DNA of 32,000 nt from Ruminococcus albus 7 = DSM 20455 (GTDB taxonomy: Bacteria > Bacillota > Clostridia > Oscillospirales > Ruminococcaceae): assembly GCF_000179635.2 (NCBI RefSeq), contig NC_014833.1, positions 690,001 through 722,000 of the forward strand, written 5' to 3'. The first letter of the stretch is position 1. The number at the start of each line of letters is the position of its first letter. Of the stretch, positions 8,430 to 17,197 are shown in pieces. Both the position numbers and the translations under genes were made by a program. The notes beneath the pieces were generated by a model. The model ran no database searches, was not told the origin of the DNA, and saw only the letters and a list, made by a program, of their open reading frames with translations.

Positions 8430-8458
8430 TTGACAACCGCCTGCTGTGATGATATAAT
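8430..8458 (+). promoter_or_regulatory. Sigma-A-type promoter of the ABC exporter operon
   Basis: TTGACA (8430-8435), a 17-nt spacer, then TATAAT (8453-8458). Confidence 0.6.
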
Positions 8459-8523
8459 CAAATTGTATACTGTCTGACTCAGTACAGAAAAATTCGTGCA
8501 GATATATTATAGGAGGAAGATGA

Positions 8524-10251
8524 GTGAAGCTTTCAAAATATATAAGACCCTACCTGCTGTTCGTGCTCCTTGCACCGTTCTGTATGGTTGGTGAGGTATT
8601 TATGGACCTTCTACAGCCCAAGCTCATGTCAAAAATAGTCGATGACGGAGTTCTCGCAAGCAACTACGGACTCATAATCAGGACCGGTATAATCATGCTG
8701 TGTACCATCATATTCGGAGGTATCTGTGGTTCAGCATCTGCGTTTTTCGCAGGCTGTGCCTCTCAGGGCTTTTCGCGCGGTGTGAGGAATGACCTCTTCA
8801 GAAGGGTCATGGGTCTTTCATTCCAGCAAACTGATAAATTCACAACAGGTTCCCTTGTTACCAGGATAACTGCCGATGTTACGGCTGTCCAGCAGATGGT
8901 GGATTTTCTTATCCGTGGATTTGTCCGTAATATAATAATGTTCATAGGCGGCATAATCATGATGCTTAACCTTGCAAAAAGCTTTGGCATGATAATCGCA
9001 GTGGCACTGCCTGTCGAGGCAGCTATAGTCATATTCATAATGCTCCGCGCGAACCCTCTGTATGCCATAGTCGCAGGGCGGCTTGACAGTGTCAATTCAG
9101 TCATGCAGGAGAATGTCACAGGTGCAAGAGTTATCAAGGCATATGTCCGCGAAAAGCATGAGCAGCAGCGATTTGAAGGCGCTAATATGGGGCTCACCGA
9201 AGCCAACCTGAAGGTTCAGGAGCTCATGGCACTGCTGTCGCCGCTTCTCATGGTGATAATGAATCTCTCTGTCATAGCCGTCATATATATAGGCGGCTGG
9301 CAGGTGCAGGCTAAGAAGATGGAAGTAGGTGAGGTCATGGCTGCCATAACCTACCTCACATATGTGCTGCACGGCATAATGATGATATCCATGATGTTCC
9401 AGACAATGGCAAGGGCAGGTGCATCCGCAAAGCGTATCAGTGAGGTGCTTGATACAGAGCCTGTCATAAAGGACGGCGACAAAAGCTTTGCTAGTACTAA
9501 AAAAGGTACAGTTACTTTCAGGAACGTCACTTTCGCTTATCCCACTTCAAGCGGTGAACCTGTACTGACAGATATCGACCTGGATATCAGGGCAGGGGAG
9601 AACATAGCGATACTCGGTGCAACAGGCTCGGGAAAATCCTCCCTGGTCAATCTTATACCCCGTTTCTATGACCCCGATAATGGCGAGGTGCTGGTTGACG
9701 GCATAAACGTCAGGGAATATAAGCTCGATGAGCTCCGCCGACGTGTGGGTATAGTTCTGCAGAAGAGCGAGCTTTTCTCTGCCACCGTTGCCGAGAATAT
9801 CCGTTGGGGCGATGATGATGCGACGGATGAAGATGTCATCAAAGCCGCAAGTATAGCACAGGCGGATGAATTCATAAGCCGTATGCCCGATGGCTATGAA
9901 AGCATCATAGCTGAAAAAGGCGCATCACTTTCAGGCGGACAGAAACAGCGTATGTCCATAGCAAGGGCTGTACTGAAGAAGCCCGATATACTTATATTTG
10001 ATGATTCCACTTCAGCACTCGACCTCGGCACCGAGGCAAAGCTGCGTGAAAATCTCAGGAAAGAACTGAAAGGAACGACTGTTATAACTATAGCTCAGCG
10101 TATCGCCAGTGTGAAAAACTGCGACAGGATAGTTGTCCTCGACCGCGGCAGGATAGTTGGCTGCGATACCCATGACGAACTTCTCCGCAGCTGTGAGGTC
10201 TATAAGGATATCTACAGTTCACAGGTAAAAACACAGGGAGGTGAAGTGTAA
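8524..10251 (+). CDS. ABC exporter half-transporter (TMD-NBD), degenerate-site partner
   Basis: GTG start 7 nt after AGGAGG. It has 6 TM segments. Walker A GATGSGKSS and signature LSGGQKQR are canonical. Walker B reads ILIFDDS (Asp in place of the catalytic Glu) and the H-loop reads TIAQR (Gln in place of His). Confidence 0.9.
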   Translation: MKLSKYIRPYLLFVLLAPFCMVGEVFMDLLQPKLMSKIVDDGVLASNYGLIIRTGIIMLCTIIFGGICGSASAFFAGCASQGFSRGVRNDLFRRVMGLSFQQTDKFTTGSLVTRITADVTAVQQMVDFLIRGFVRNIIMFIGGIIMMLNLAKSFGMIIAVALPVEAAIVIFIMLRANPLYAIVAGRLDSVNSVMQENVTGARVIKAYVREKHEQQRFEGANMGLTEANLKVQELMALLSPLLMVIMNLSVIAVIYIGGWQVQAKKMEVGEVMAAITYLTYVLHGIMMISMMFQTMARAGASAKRISEVLDTEPVIKDGDKSFASTKKGTVTFRNVTFAYPTSSGEPVLTDIDLDIRAGENIAILGATGSGKSSLVNLIPRFYDPDNGEVLVDGINVREYKLDELRRRVGIVLQKSELFSATVAENIRWGDDDATDEDVIKAASIAQADEFISRMPDGYESIIAEKGASLSGGQKQRMSIARAVLKKPDILIFDDSTSALDLGTEAKLRENLRKELKGTTVITIAQRIASVKNCDRIVVLDRGRIVGCDTHDELLRSCEVYKDIYSSQVKTQGGEV

Positions 10252-12086
10252 TGCCTCCTATGCCCCAGAATCCCAATAACAAGCAGCAGCCGGGCGGAAG
10301 ACATGCTGCACTGATAAATGCCGAAAAACCCAAGAACGCCCGATTGACTCTGGCAAAACTGCTGAGATATATAGGAAAGAGCAGATACCTTTTCTTCGTG
10401 CTTATGGCTGTCATGCTCGTGATGACCCTGCTGGGTCTTGCCGCACCGTATATACAGCAGATAGCAATAGACTGCATAACACTTGATAAAAAGAAGCTCG
10501 ATGTTGACACCGGAAGGCTCGTTAAAATACTCATTGTGCTTGGCATTGTATATCTGCTCAACTCGGTATTTTCCTATCTTCAGGGGATATTCTCCGCAAG
10601 ACTTTCCCAGCGCACAGTATCTACCATGAGACGTGATCTCTTCGGTGATCTGGTAAAGCTTCCCATAAAGTACTTTGATACCCACCGCCACGGCGACATC
10701 ATGAGCCGTATGACCAACGATGTTGAAAATATCTCAAACACCGTTTCACAGTCCATAGGCTCGCTTATATCGGGTGTGCTGACTGTCATCGGCTCCATAA
10801 TAATAATGTTGACCTATTCGCCTCTGCTCACACTTATATCTCTTTCCACCGTGGCACTGACGATATTCGTATCGGGCAGGATGACCAAGTATATGCGCCG
10901 CTATTTCATTAAACAGCAGATAATACTCGGCAAGCTCAACGGCCATGTTGAGGAGATGGTAACAGGCTACCGCACTGTAGTGTCATATTCCAAGGAAAGC
11001 GCTGCTGTGGCAGAGTTCAATGCTATGAGCGATGAGCTCCGCAAAACGGGTATCCGCGCCCAGATATGCGCAGGTATCATGGGACCTCTCATGAACTGCA
11101 TATCGAATTTCGGTTTTGTTATGATAGCTGCATTCGGCGGCTGGTTCAGCTATAAGGGCTGGATAACCGTAGGTACTATACAGGCGTTCATACTTTACTC
11201 AAAGCAGTTCTCACGTCCCATAAATGAGATAGCCAACCAGTACGCTAATATTCAGACAGCTATCGCGGGTGCTGAACGTATCTTTGAGGTAATGGAAACT
11301 CCTCCCGAGCCCGATGAAGGTACAGCAACAGTCACTGCTGAGGATATACGCGGCGATATCCGCTTTGAAGATATCCATTTCAGCTATGACCCCGAAAAGC
11401 CTGTGCTGAAAGGTCTTGACCTTGATATCAGGCAGGGAAGCAAGATAGCTATCGTTGGTGCAACGGGTTCAGGCAAGACCACCGTTGTAAATCTGCTCAC
11501 AAGGTTCTATGAAGCGGACAGCGGACGCATGACAGTAGACGGTACGGATATCAGGGATATACCAAAGGATGAACTTAGAAAGTCAATAGGCATAGTTCTT
11601 CAGGATACAGTGCTTTTCAAAGGCACTGTGGAGGAGAATATCCGCTACGGCAGGGAGGATGCACCCGATGAGGATGTACGTCGTGCCGCTGCCCATGCCA
11701 ATGCCGACGGCTTTATAAAACATCTCCCCGAAGGCTATAAAACACAGCTTGCCGAGGGCGGCTCCAATCTTTCTCAGGGACAAAGACAGCTCCTTGCAAT
11801 AGCAAGGGCGATACTGGCAGACCCGAAGATACTCATACTTGACGAAGCGACTTCAAGCGTTGATACCCGAACCGAGATGCATATACAGTCCGCTATGGTG
11901 GCACTGATGAAAGACCGCACATCTCTGATAATCGCCCATCGTCTGTCAACTATCCGCGATGCAGATATGATAGTGGTGATAGACGGAGGAAAGGTTGCCG
12001 AAAAAGGCAGACATGAAGACCTTATCGCACAGAAAGGCTGCTACTACGAGCTCTACCGCACCCAGTTCGCAGGCAGTAAGACCTGA
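10251..12086 (+). CDS. ABC exporter half-transporter (TMD-NBD), consensus-site partner
   Basis: TAATG stop/start overlap with the upstream gene. Walker A GATGSGKTT, Walker B ILILDEATS and H-loop IIAHRLS are canonical, but the signature is LSQGQRQ (non-canonical). Confidence 0.9.
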   Translation: MPPMPQNPNNKQQPGGRHAALINAEKPKNARLTLAKLLRYIGKSRYLFFVLMAVMLVMTLLGLAAPYIQQIAIDCITLDKKKLDVDTGRLVKILIVLGIVYLLNSVFSYLQGIFSARLSQRTVSTMRRDLFGDLVKLPIKYFDTHRHGDIMSRMTNDVENISNTVSQSIGSLISGVLTVIGSIIIMLTYSPLLTLISLSTVALTIFVSGRMTKYMRRYFIKQQIILGKLNGHVEEMVTGYRTVVSYSKESAAVAEFNAMSDELRKTGIRAQICAGIMGPLMNCISNFGFVMIAAFGGWFSYKGWITVGTIQAFILYSKQFSRPINEIANQYANIQTAIAGAERIFEVMETPPEPDEGTATVTAEDIRGDIRFEDIHFSYDPEKPVLKGLDLDIRQGSKIAIVGATGSGKTTVVNLLTRFYEADSGRMTVDGTDIRDIPKDELRKSIGIVLQDTVLFKGTVEENIRYGREDAPDEDVRRAAAHANADGFIKHLPEGYKTQLAEGGSNLSQGQRQLLAIARAILADPKILILDEATSSVDTRTEMHIQSAMVALMKDRTSLIIAHRLSTIRDADMIVVIDGGKVAEKGRHEDLIAQKGCYYELYRTQFAGSKT

Positions 12087-12118
12087 TAACTGACTTTTAC
12101 CCGAAATGAGGAACAACT

Positions 12119-12472
12119 ATGAATGTAACATATATCCACGAACCCACCGACCTCCAGTGCGGACAGGCGGTGCTGGCTATGGTGCTTGGTCTGCCTGTGG
12201 CACAGGTAGCTGAGGACCTTCAAAACGATCGTGAGACTGATCTGAAAGAGATGAAGTCGTATCTGCGTGCCCACGGTGCATGGGTATCCGATGTACGTGT
12301 GCAGGTCACCGAAAAGTCATCTCTGCCGCCTGTTTGTATGCTCAGTCTTGAAACGCCCCGATGCTGGCACTGGTCACTGTACTGCGATGGCACGTTCTAT
12401 GATCCCGAACACGGTGTTCTTGACGATTTTCCTGATTCAGCCCGACGCTATTACTGGGAGATCAGATTATAA
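12119..12472 (+). CDS. Stand-alone papain-like cysteine peptidase domain (C39-like)
   Basis: 117 aa. LQCGQAVLAMVLG resembles the C39/C39_2 nucleophile box (CGxxxLAMVL), and HWSLYCDGTFYDPEHG supplies a His ... Asp pair. GAGGAA RBS lies upstream, 32 nt after the exporter stop. The family assignment is from memory. Confidence 0.6.
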   Translation: MNVTYIHEPTDLQCGQAVLAMVLGLPVAQVAEDLQNDRETDLKEMKSYLRAHGAWVSDVRVQVTEKSSLPPVCMLSLETPRCWHWSLYCDGTFYDPEHGVLDDFPDSARRYYWEIRL

Positions 12473-12475
12473 AAT

Positions 12476-12516
12476 AACGGGAAACAGCCCGATCGTGAGC
12501 TGTTTCCCGTTTTGTT
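12476..12516. terminator. Bidirectional terminator between convergent genes
   Basis: A 13-bp perfect stem AACGGGAAACAGC/GCTGTTTCCCGTT with a 10-nt loop, T-rich on the right (TTTGTTT) and A-rich on the left (TTATAAAATA). Confidence 0.85.
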
Positions 12517-12522
12517 TATCCG

Positions 12523-13413
12523 CTATTTGATTATCAGGTTGAAAAGACCAAGTACAAAGCCTATCAGCGCACCCAGATTGACTATGGTGCCAAGCTCCTT
12601 CTTCATTACCGTCTGTACCAGCTGTTCCATCTTTTCTACAGACATACCATTGATCTTGTCCTCTACCATAGCCGCAAAATCCAGCTTCTCAAAAAGCTTG
12701 TCCACGTAATTGTTCACAGCACTGCGGTAGATCTTGCCTGTCAGCTCGCCAAGACGTTCCTCGTCAACTTTGATGAGTTCCAGAAGCTCCATGCCGCTCT
12801 TTTCACCGAAGTCAGTCAGCTTGTTTTCTATCACAGGCTTCACGAACTCCATGCCGTCGCGTTCTATCATCGAACGCATCTTACCTGCCAGCGGTGCGGT
12901 GAATGACTGTATCTTCTCCTCGGGTATCAGCTTTGCGAACATTGTGGTGCTAAGTTTTTCTTGTATAGAATCGTTGCACTTGCTGACAACTATCTCGGGC
13001 AGCTGTGAAGCCGTAAGCTCATCGACTATCTGTCTGCTCAGCATCTCGCTGAGTTTTGAACTTCCGTCAGCGTAAGTTTCCTCCGAACATTTTGTCAGCT
13101 TGCATATCTCATCCTTCAGCTTGTTTGAAAGCTCTGCAGTTATCGTGTCGGTTATGCGTTCCTCTATCTCGCCGCCCAGCAGCTTAGCTTTGATATCGTC
13201 CTTTGTCACAAGCTCCGTACCCACAACTCTGCCCACTGCTTTCGCCAGCCTCGGCTTGCCCTTTGGAATGGCGCCCGGTGTGAATGGTACCCTGTGACCC
13301 ATGAAGTAAACCTCATGCTGCGGGAAGAACAGCATCTTCACCGCGATGTAGTTAGTAAAATATCCTATGACCGCACCTATCAGCGGTGCAGCCAGCATTT
13401 TAAGTATTTCCAT
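12523..13413 (-). CDS. DUF445 family membrane-associated protein (YheB-like)
   Basis: The N-terminus LIGAVIGYFTNYIAVKMLFFP and the C-terminal TM LGALIGFVLGLFNLII are the DUF445 hallmarks. AGGAGTG RBS is present. Confidence 0.8.
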   Translation of the reverse strand: MEILKMLAAPLIGAVIGYFTNYIAVKMLFFPQHEVYFMGHRVPFTPGAIPKGKPRLAKAVGRVVGTELVTKDDIKAKLLGGEIEERITDTITAELSNKLKDEICKLTKCSEETYADGSSKLSEMLSRQIVDELTASQLPEIVVSKCNDSIQEKLSTTMFAKLIPEEKIQSFTAPLAGKMRSMIERDGMEFVKPVIENKLTDFGEKSGMELLELIKVDEERLGELTGKIYRSAVNNYVDKLFEKLDFAAMVEDKINGMSVEKMEQLVQTVMKKELGTIVNLGALIGFVLGLFNLIIK

Positions 13414-13461
13414 TATTCAGCACTCCTCGTTTGTTGTCTTTTTTCTGTCTTTAGTTAGTAT

Positions 13462-13490
13462 AGTATAGCACTTATTTGAGCCGTTGTCAA
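13462..13490 (-). promoter_or_regulatory. Sigma-A-type promoter of the DUF445 gene
   Basis: On the - strand: TTGACA (13485-13490), a 17-nt spacer, then TGcTATACT (13462-13467). Confidence 0.55.
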
Positions 13491-13601
13491 TAAATCAGAT
13501 GTTACCTGTGTAACTTACCCTGTTAGTATGCTTTGTATTTGTATTATCATTTATCAAAATGTGAACAAAAAGTAAAAAGACACTAATTTCTTGATACGGG
13601 C

Positions 13602-13630
13602 TTGAAATATCTGAAGAAAAATGTTATAAT
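13602..13630 (+). promoter_or_regulatory. Sigma-A-type promoter of the carboxyltransferase operon
   Basis: TTGAAA (13602-13607), a 17-nt spacer, then TATAAT (13625-13630). Confidence 0.6.
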
Positions 13631-13710
13631 GGTAAGCGTGTAATTATGATAAAAACTATGTTATATCTAAGTTTTTTATCCTGCAAAAATATTTGAATGG
13701 AGGAAACTGT

Positions 13711-15081
13711 ATGTCTGAAACGAAAAAGTCTCTGGCAGAGCTCCAGGCGCTTATTGCTGACAGCGCTGCAAGAACAAGGCTGACATATCTGTTTGATGAA
13801 GGAAAATTTACCGAGCTTGATGCTTTTGCGGGTGAGGCTGCCGGCGTTGTAACTGCCTACGGCTATGCTGACGGTGAGCCTGTATATGCGTTCTCTCAGG
13901 ACGTTTCCGTAAAAAGCGGCGCTATGACCGAGGTCGGTGCGCGAAAGATAGCTAAGGTTTATGACCTGGCTGCCAAGACGGGTACACCCGTTGTAGGTAT
14001 TTATGATTCCTACGGTGCTGATGTTAATGACAGCGCAGCTGCACTGAGGGCTTACGGTGAGCTTATGCTGTGGACAGCAAATCTTTCGGGCGTAGTACCT
14101 CAGATAGCTGTTGTTGCAGGTGTATGCTCGGGTACTGCCGCACTGCTGGCTGAGGCTGCTGATTTTGTTGTTATGGCAAAGGATGCCAGCCTGTACGCAG
14201 TTCCTAATGCAAAGAGCAACGGCTCTGCTGAAAATGCTGCTGCAAACGGAACAGTATGCGCTGTATGCGATGATGATAAGGCTGCTGTTGAAAAGGCAAA
14301 GGATATTCTTCTGAAGCTGCCTTCCAACAACCTCTCACCCGTACCTGTGTATGAGTATGAAGAACCCACAGCTGCTGCAGGCAGCGATATAGATAGCCTG
14401 ACAAAGGCTGTGTTCGACGCTGACAGCGTTATCGAACTCAGCGCGGGCTTCGGCGGTGCTGCTTATACCGCTCTGGCAACTGTCAACGGTGAAACAGTAG
14501 GCGTTGCCGCAACAAACAAGACCAAGGATAGGCTGACCGAGGACGACTGCGCTAAGCTGGCAAGATTCGTCCGCACCTGTGATGCTTTTGCCGTTCCCGT
14601 AGTTACCTTCGTTGATACCGAGGGCTTTGCAGGAAATGACGATACCGAGGCTGCAGGCGCTGTAAAGAGCATGAGCAAGCTGGCTCACGCTTATGCTGAG
14701 GCTACCACCGCTAAGGTCAGCGTAGTTACAGGCAAGGCTTACGGTGCAGCATATATAGCACTGGCAGGCAAGGGCGCAAATGCTGATGTTGCATACGCTC
14801 TGCCCACAGCAGTTATATCCGCTCTCGACCCCGTTACCGCTGTCGAGTTCATGGAGCATGACAAGCTGGCAGGCGCTGAAGACCTGACTGCTGCAAGAAA
14901 TGCTCTGGCTGATGAGTTCGCTAAGACTCAGGCAAGTGCTGCAAATGCAGCTGTGAACGGTCTGGTAGACGGCATCGTTGATGCTTCACAGCTCAGAAGT
15001 GCTGTAGTTGACGCTCTGGCTATGATGAGCGGCAAGAGGATTTCCAGACTTCCCAAGAAGCACAGCAATATCCAGCTTTAA
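13711..15081 (+). CDS. Carboxyltransferase-domain protein (12S / methylmalonyl-CoA-type CT subunit, divergent)
   Basis: ATG at 13711 sits 6 nt after GGAGGA. It has the two-domain crotonase-like CT layout (FDEGKFTELDAF...VVTAYGYADGEPVYAFSQD...PQIAVVAGVCSG; C-half VVTFVDTEGF...GKAYGAAYIAL). Several positions I remember as conserved Gly are substituted. Confidence 0.75.
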   Translation: MSETKKSLAELQALIADSAARTRLTYLFDEGKFTELDAFAGEAAGVVTAYGYADGEPVYAFSQDVSVKSGAMTEVGARKIAKVYDLAAKTGTPVVGIYDSYGADVNDSAAALRAYGELMLWTANLSGVVPQIAVVAGVCSGTAALLAEAADFVVMAKDASLYAVPNAKSNGSAENAAANGTVCAVCDDDKAAVEKAKDILLKLPSNNLSPVPVYEYEEPTAAAGSDIDSLTKAVFDADSVIELSAGFGGAAYTALATVNGETVGVAATNKTKDRLTEDDCAKLARFVRTCDAFAVPVVTFVDTEGFAGNDDTEAAGAVKSMSKLAHAYAEATTAKVSVVTGKAYGAAYIALAGKGANADVAYALPTAVISALDPVTAVEFMEHDKLAGAEDLTAARNALADEFAKTQASAANAAVNGLVDGIVDASQLRSAVVDALAMMSGKRISRLPKKHSNIQL

Positions 15082-15112
15082 TATGTAAATAATTGTAAAG
15101 GACGGTATAGTT

Positions 15113-15484
15113 ATGAAAAGATATAATATCACTGTTAACGGTAAGGCTTACGATGTAGCTGTTGAGGAGGTAGGCGCTGACGCTGCTGCTCCTGTAGCTG
15201 CTGCTCCCGCACCTGCTGCAAAGCCCGCTGCTGCACCTGCACCCGCTGCTGCTCCCGCAGCTAATGTTGAGGGTACAAAGGTAACTGCTCCTATGCCCGG
15301 CAACGTACTCGATGTAAAGGTATCTGTAGGTGATACAGTTTCCGCAGGTCAGGCTATCGTTGTTCTTGAGGCTATGAAGATGGAAAACGATATCAACGCA
15401 CCCGTAGCAGGCAAGGTACTCAGCATAACCGCTACTAAGGGCTCACAGGTAGATACAGGTGCAGTACTGGCTGTTATCGGCTGA
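15113..15484 (+). CDS. Biotin carboxyl carrier protein (1.3S-type biotinyl subunit)
   Basis: It has an Ala/Pro linker (AAPVAAAPAPAAKPAAAPAPAAAPA) and the biotinylation motif LEAMKMEN in a lipoyl/biotinyl fold. Confidence 0.9.
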   Translation: MKRYNITVNGKAYDVAVEEVGADAAAPVAAAPAPAAKPAAAPAPAAAPAANVEGTKVTAPMPGNVLDVKVSVGDTVSAGQAIVVLEAMKMENDINAPVAGKVLSITATKGSQVDTGAVLAVIG

Positions 15485-15528
15485 TGCCCCTTATCAGACT
15501 TACCAATAAGTGAAAGGAACGATATATA

Positions 15529-16926
15529 ATGGCTAAGCTTAAAATAACCGAGACAGTTCTCCGTGACGCCCATCAGTCTCTGCTGGCAACGAGAATGTCT
15601 ATGGACGATATGAAGCCTATCCTCTCAACAATGGATAAGATAGGTTTTTATTCCGCTGAATGCTGGGGCGGTGCTACATTTGATTCCTGCATCCGTTTCC
15701 TGAATGAAGATCCCTGGGAGAGACTCAGAACTCTCAGAAAGGAAATGCCCAACACAAAGCTCCAGATGCTGTTCAGAGGACAGAATATGCTGGGCTACCG
15801 TCATTACGCTGATGACCTGGTAGAGTATTTCGTACAGAAGTCCATCGCAAATGGTATCGATATCATCAGAATATTCGATGCACTTAACGATATAAGAAAC
15901 CTCCAGACAGCTATCAAGGCTGCCAATAAGGAGAAGGGTCACGCTCAGGTAGCTATCTCCTATACTCTTGGTGAAGTATTCACTCATCAGTATTATATGG
16001 ATTACGCTAAGCGTATCCAGGAGGCTGGTGCTGATTCTATCTGTATCAAGGATATGGCTGCACTGCTCACTCCTTATGAGGCTGAAACACTGGTAAGAGA
16101 TATCAAGTCTGTTGTTGATATCCCTGTACAGCTCCACACTCACTATACCTCAGGTCTGGCTTCCATGTGTATCATGAAGGCTGTTGAGGCTGGTGTTGAT
16201 GCTGTTGATACCGCTATGTCTCCTCTCGCACTGGGTACTTCCCACGCTCCTACCGAGTCTATCGTGGCTACATTCCAGGGCACAGAGTACGATACAGGTC
16301 TTGACCTCGTAAAGCTCAACGAAGTAAGAGATTACTTCATGGGTCTGAGAAAGAAGTACATCGACAATGGTCTGCTGGATCCTTCCATGCTGGCTACAAA
16401 CACAAATGCACTCCTGTATCAGGTACCCGGCGGAATGCTCTCCAACCTGCTCAGCCAGCTGAAGCAGGCAGGCAAGGCAGATCAGCTTGAGGACGTTCTC
16501 AAGGAAGTTCCGAGAGTACGTAAGGATTCAGGCTTCCCGCCTCTGGTTACTCCTACTTCCCAGATCGTTGGTACACAGGCTGTGTTCAACGTTATCATGG
16601 GCGAAAGATACAAGACTGTTACCAAGGAGTTCAAGGGTCTTGTCAAGGGCGAATACGGTAAGACTCCTGTTGATATCGACCCTGCATTCCGTAAGAAGAT
16701 ACTGGGCGATGAAGAGCCTATCGACTGCCGTCCCGCAGACCTGCTCAAGCCTGAGTTTGATACAATGAAGAAGGAATGCGCTGAGTGGACAGAGCAGGAG
16801 GAGGATATCCTGACCTACGCTATGTTCCCGAAGGTAGCTCCAAAGTTCTTCAAGGACAGACGCGATAAGAAGTACGGCGTTGACGGTGCTCATTCCGATG
16901 CTGACAACAAGGTACATCCTGTTTAA
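15529..16926 (+). CDS. Oxaloacetate decarboxylase alpha / pyruvate carboxylase B / transcarboxylase 5S-type carboxyltransferase (no fused biotinyl domain)
   Basis: ITETVLRDAHQSLLATRM, ECWGGATFD, LQMLFRGQNMLGY and IKDMAALL are typical of the HMGL-like CT TIM barrel. The protein ends without an AMKM domain. Confidence 0.88.
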   Translation: MAKLKITETVLRDAHQSLLATRMSMDDMKPILSTMDKIGFYSAECWGGATFDSCIRFLNEDPWERLRTLRKEMPNTKLQMLFRGQNMLGYRHYADDLVEYFVQKSIANGIDIIRIFDALNDIRNLQTAIKAANKEKGHAQVAISYTLGEVFTHQYYMDYAKRIQEAGADSICIKDMAALLTPYEAETLVRDIKSVVDIPVQLHTHYTSGLASMCIMKAVEAGVDAVDTAMSPLALGTSHAPTESIVATFQGTEYDTGLDLVKLNEVRDYFMGLRKKYIDNGLLDPSMLATNTNALLYQVPGGMLSNLLSQLKQAGKADQLEDVLKEVPRVRKDSGFPPLVTPTSQIVGTQAVFNVIMGERYKTVTKEFKGLVKGEYGKTPVDIDPAFRKKILGDEEPIDCRPADLLKPEFDTMKKECAEWTEQEEDILTYAMFPKVAPKFFKDRRDKKYGVDGAHSDADNKVHPV

Positions 16927-16944
16927 TTTATAATTGTTTTCATT

Positions 16945-16977
16945 AGCGGATGGCACGTTGTGCTGTCCGCTTTTTGT
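16945..16977 (+). terminator. Rho-independent terminator of the carboxyltransferase operon
   Basis: Stem AGCGGA...TCCGCT with inner GGCAC/GTGCT pairing, followed by TTTTTGTT. Confidence 0.65.
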
Positions 16978-17134
16978 TGGTGCGAAGTGGGGAGGATATA
17001 AGCCGAAGAGTCCACTTCCAATGCCCAAACCGATATACACCATGCAAATTTTGTATGCTGTACCGAAAAAAGCCGAAAAAACCGAAAAATTCGGGAAAAG
17101 ATGTAAAAAATAATAAGTTTTTTCTGAAAAAGAC

Positions 17135-17163
17135 TTGAAATATCTTCTGAAATGGTGTATAAT
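17135..17163 (+). promoter_or_regulatory. Sigma-A-type promoter of gap, preceded by phased A-tracts
   Basis: TTGAAA (17135-17140), a 17-nt spacer, then TATAAT (17158-17163). A-tracts spaced about every 10 nt lie upstream from 17066. Confidence 0.65.
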
Positions 17164-17197
17164 AGATTCAGAAATTTTTTCTAGGAGGTACAATACA

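Noticed and set aside
7973-8523. The tRNA pair as an integration site for a mobile element or prophage.
   Set aside because: There is no integrase, no duplicated tRNA 3' end and no direct repeats nearby. The flanking genes look like ordinary chromosomal genes with their own promoters.
1811-17197. Longer 5' starts given by the ORF track for several genes (1811, 2665, 3320, 4844, 13693 and 17135; also 19154 and 31654 on the - strand).
   Set aside because: In each case an internal ATG is preceded by a good Shine-Dalgarno sequence at 5-9 nt. The extension either overlaps the previous gene's coding end or contains the gene's own promoter elements.
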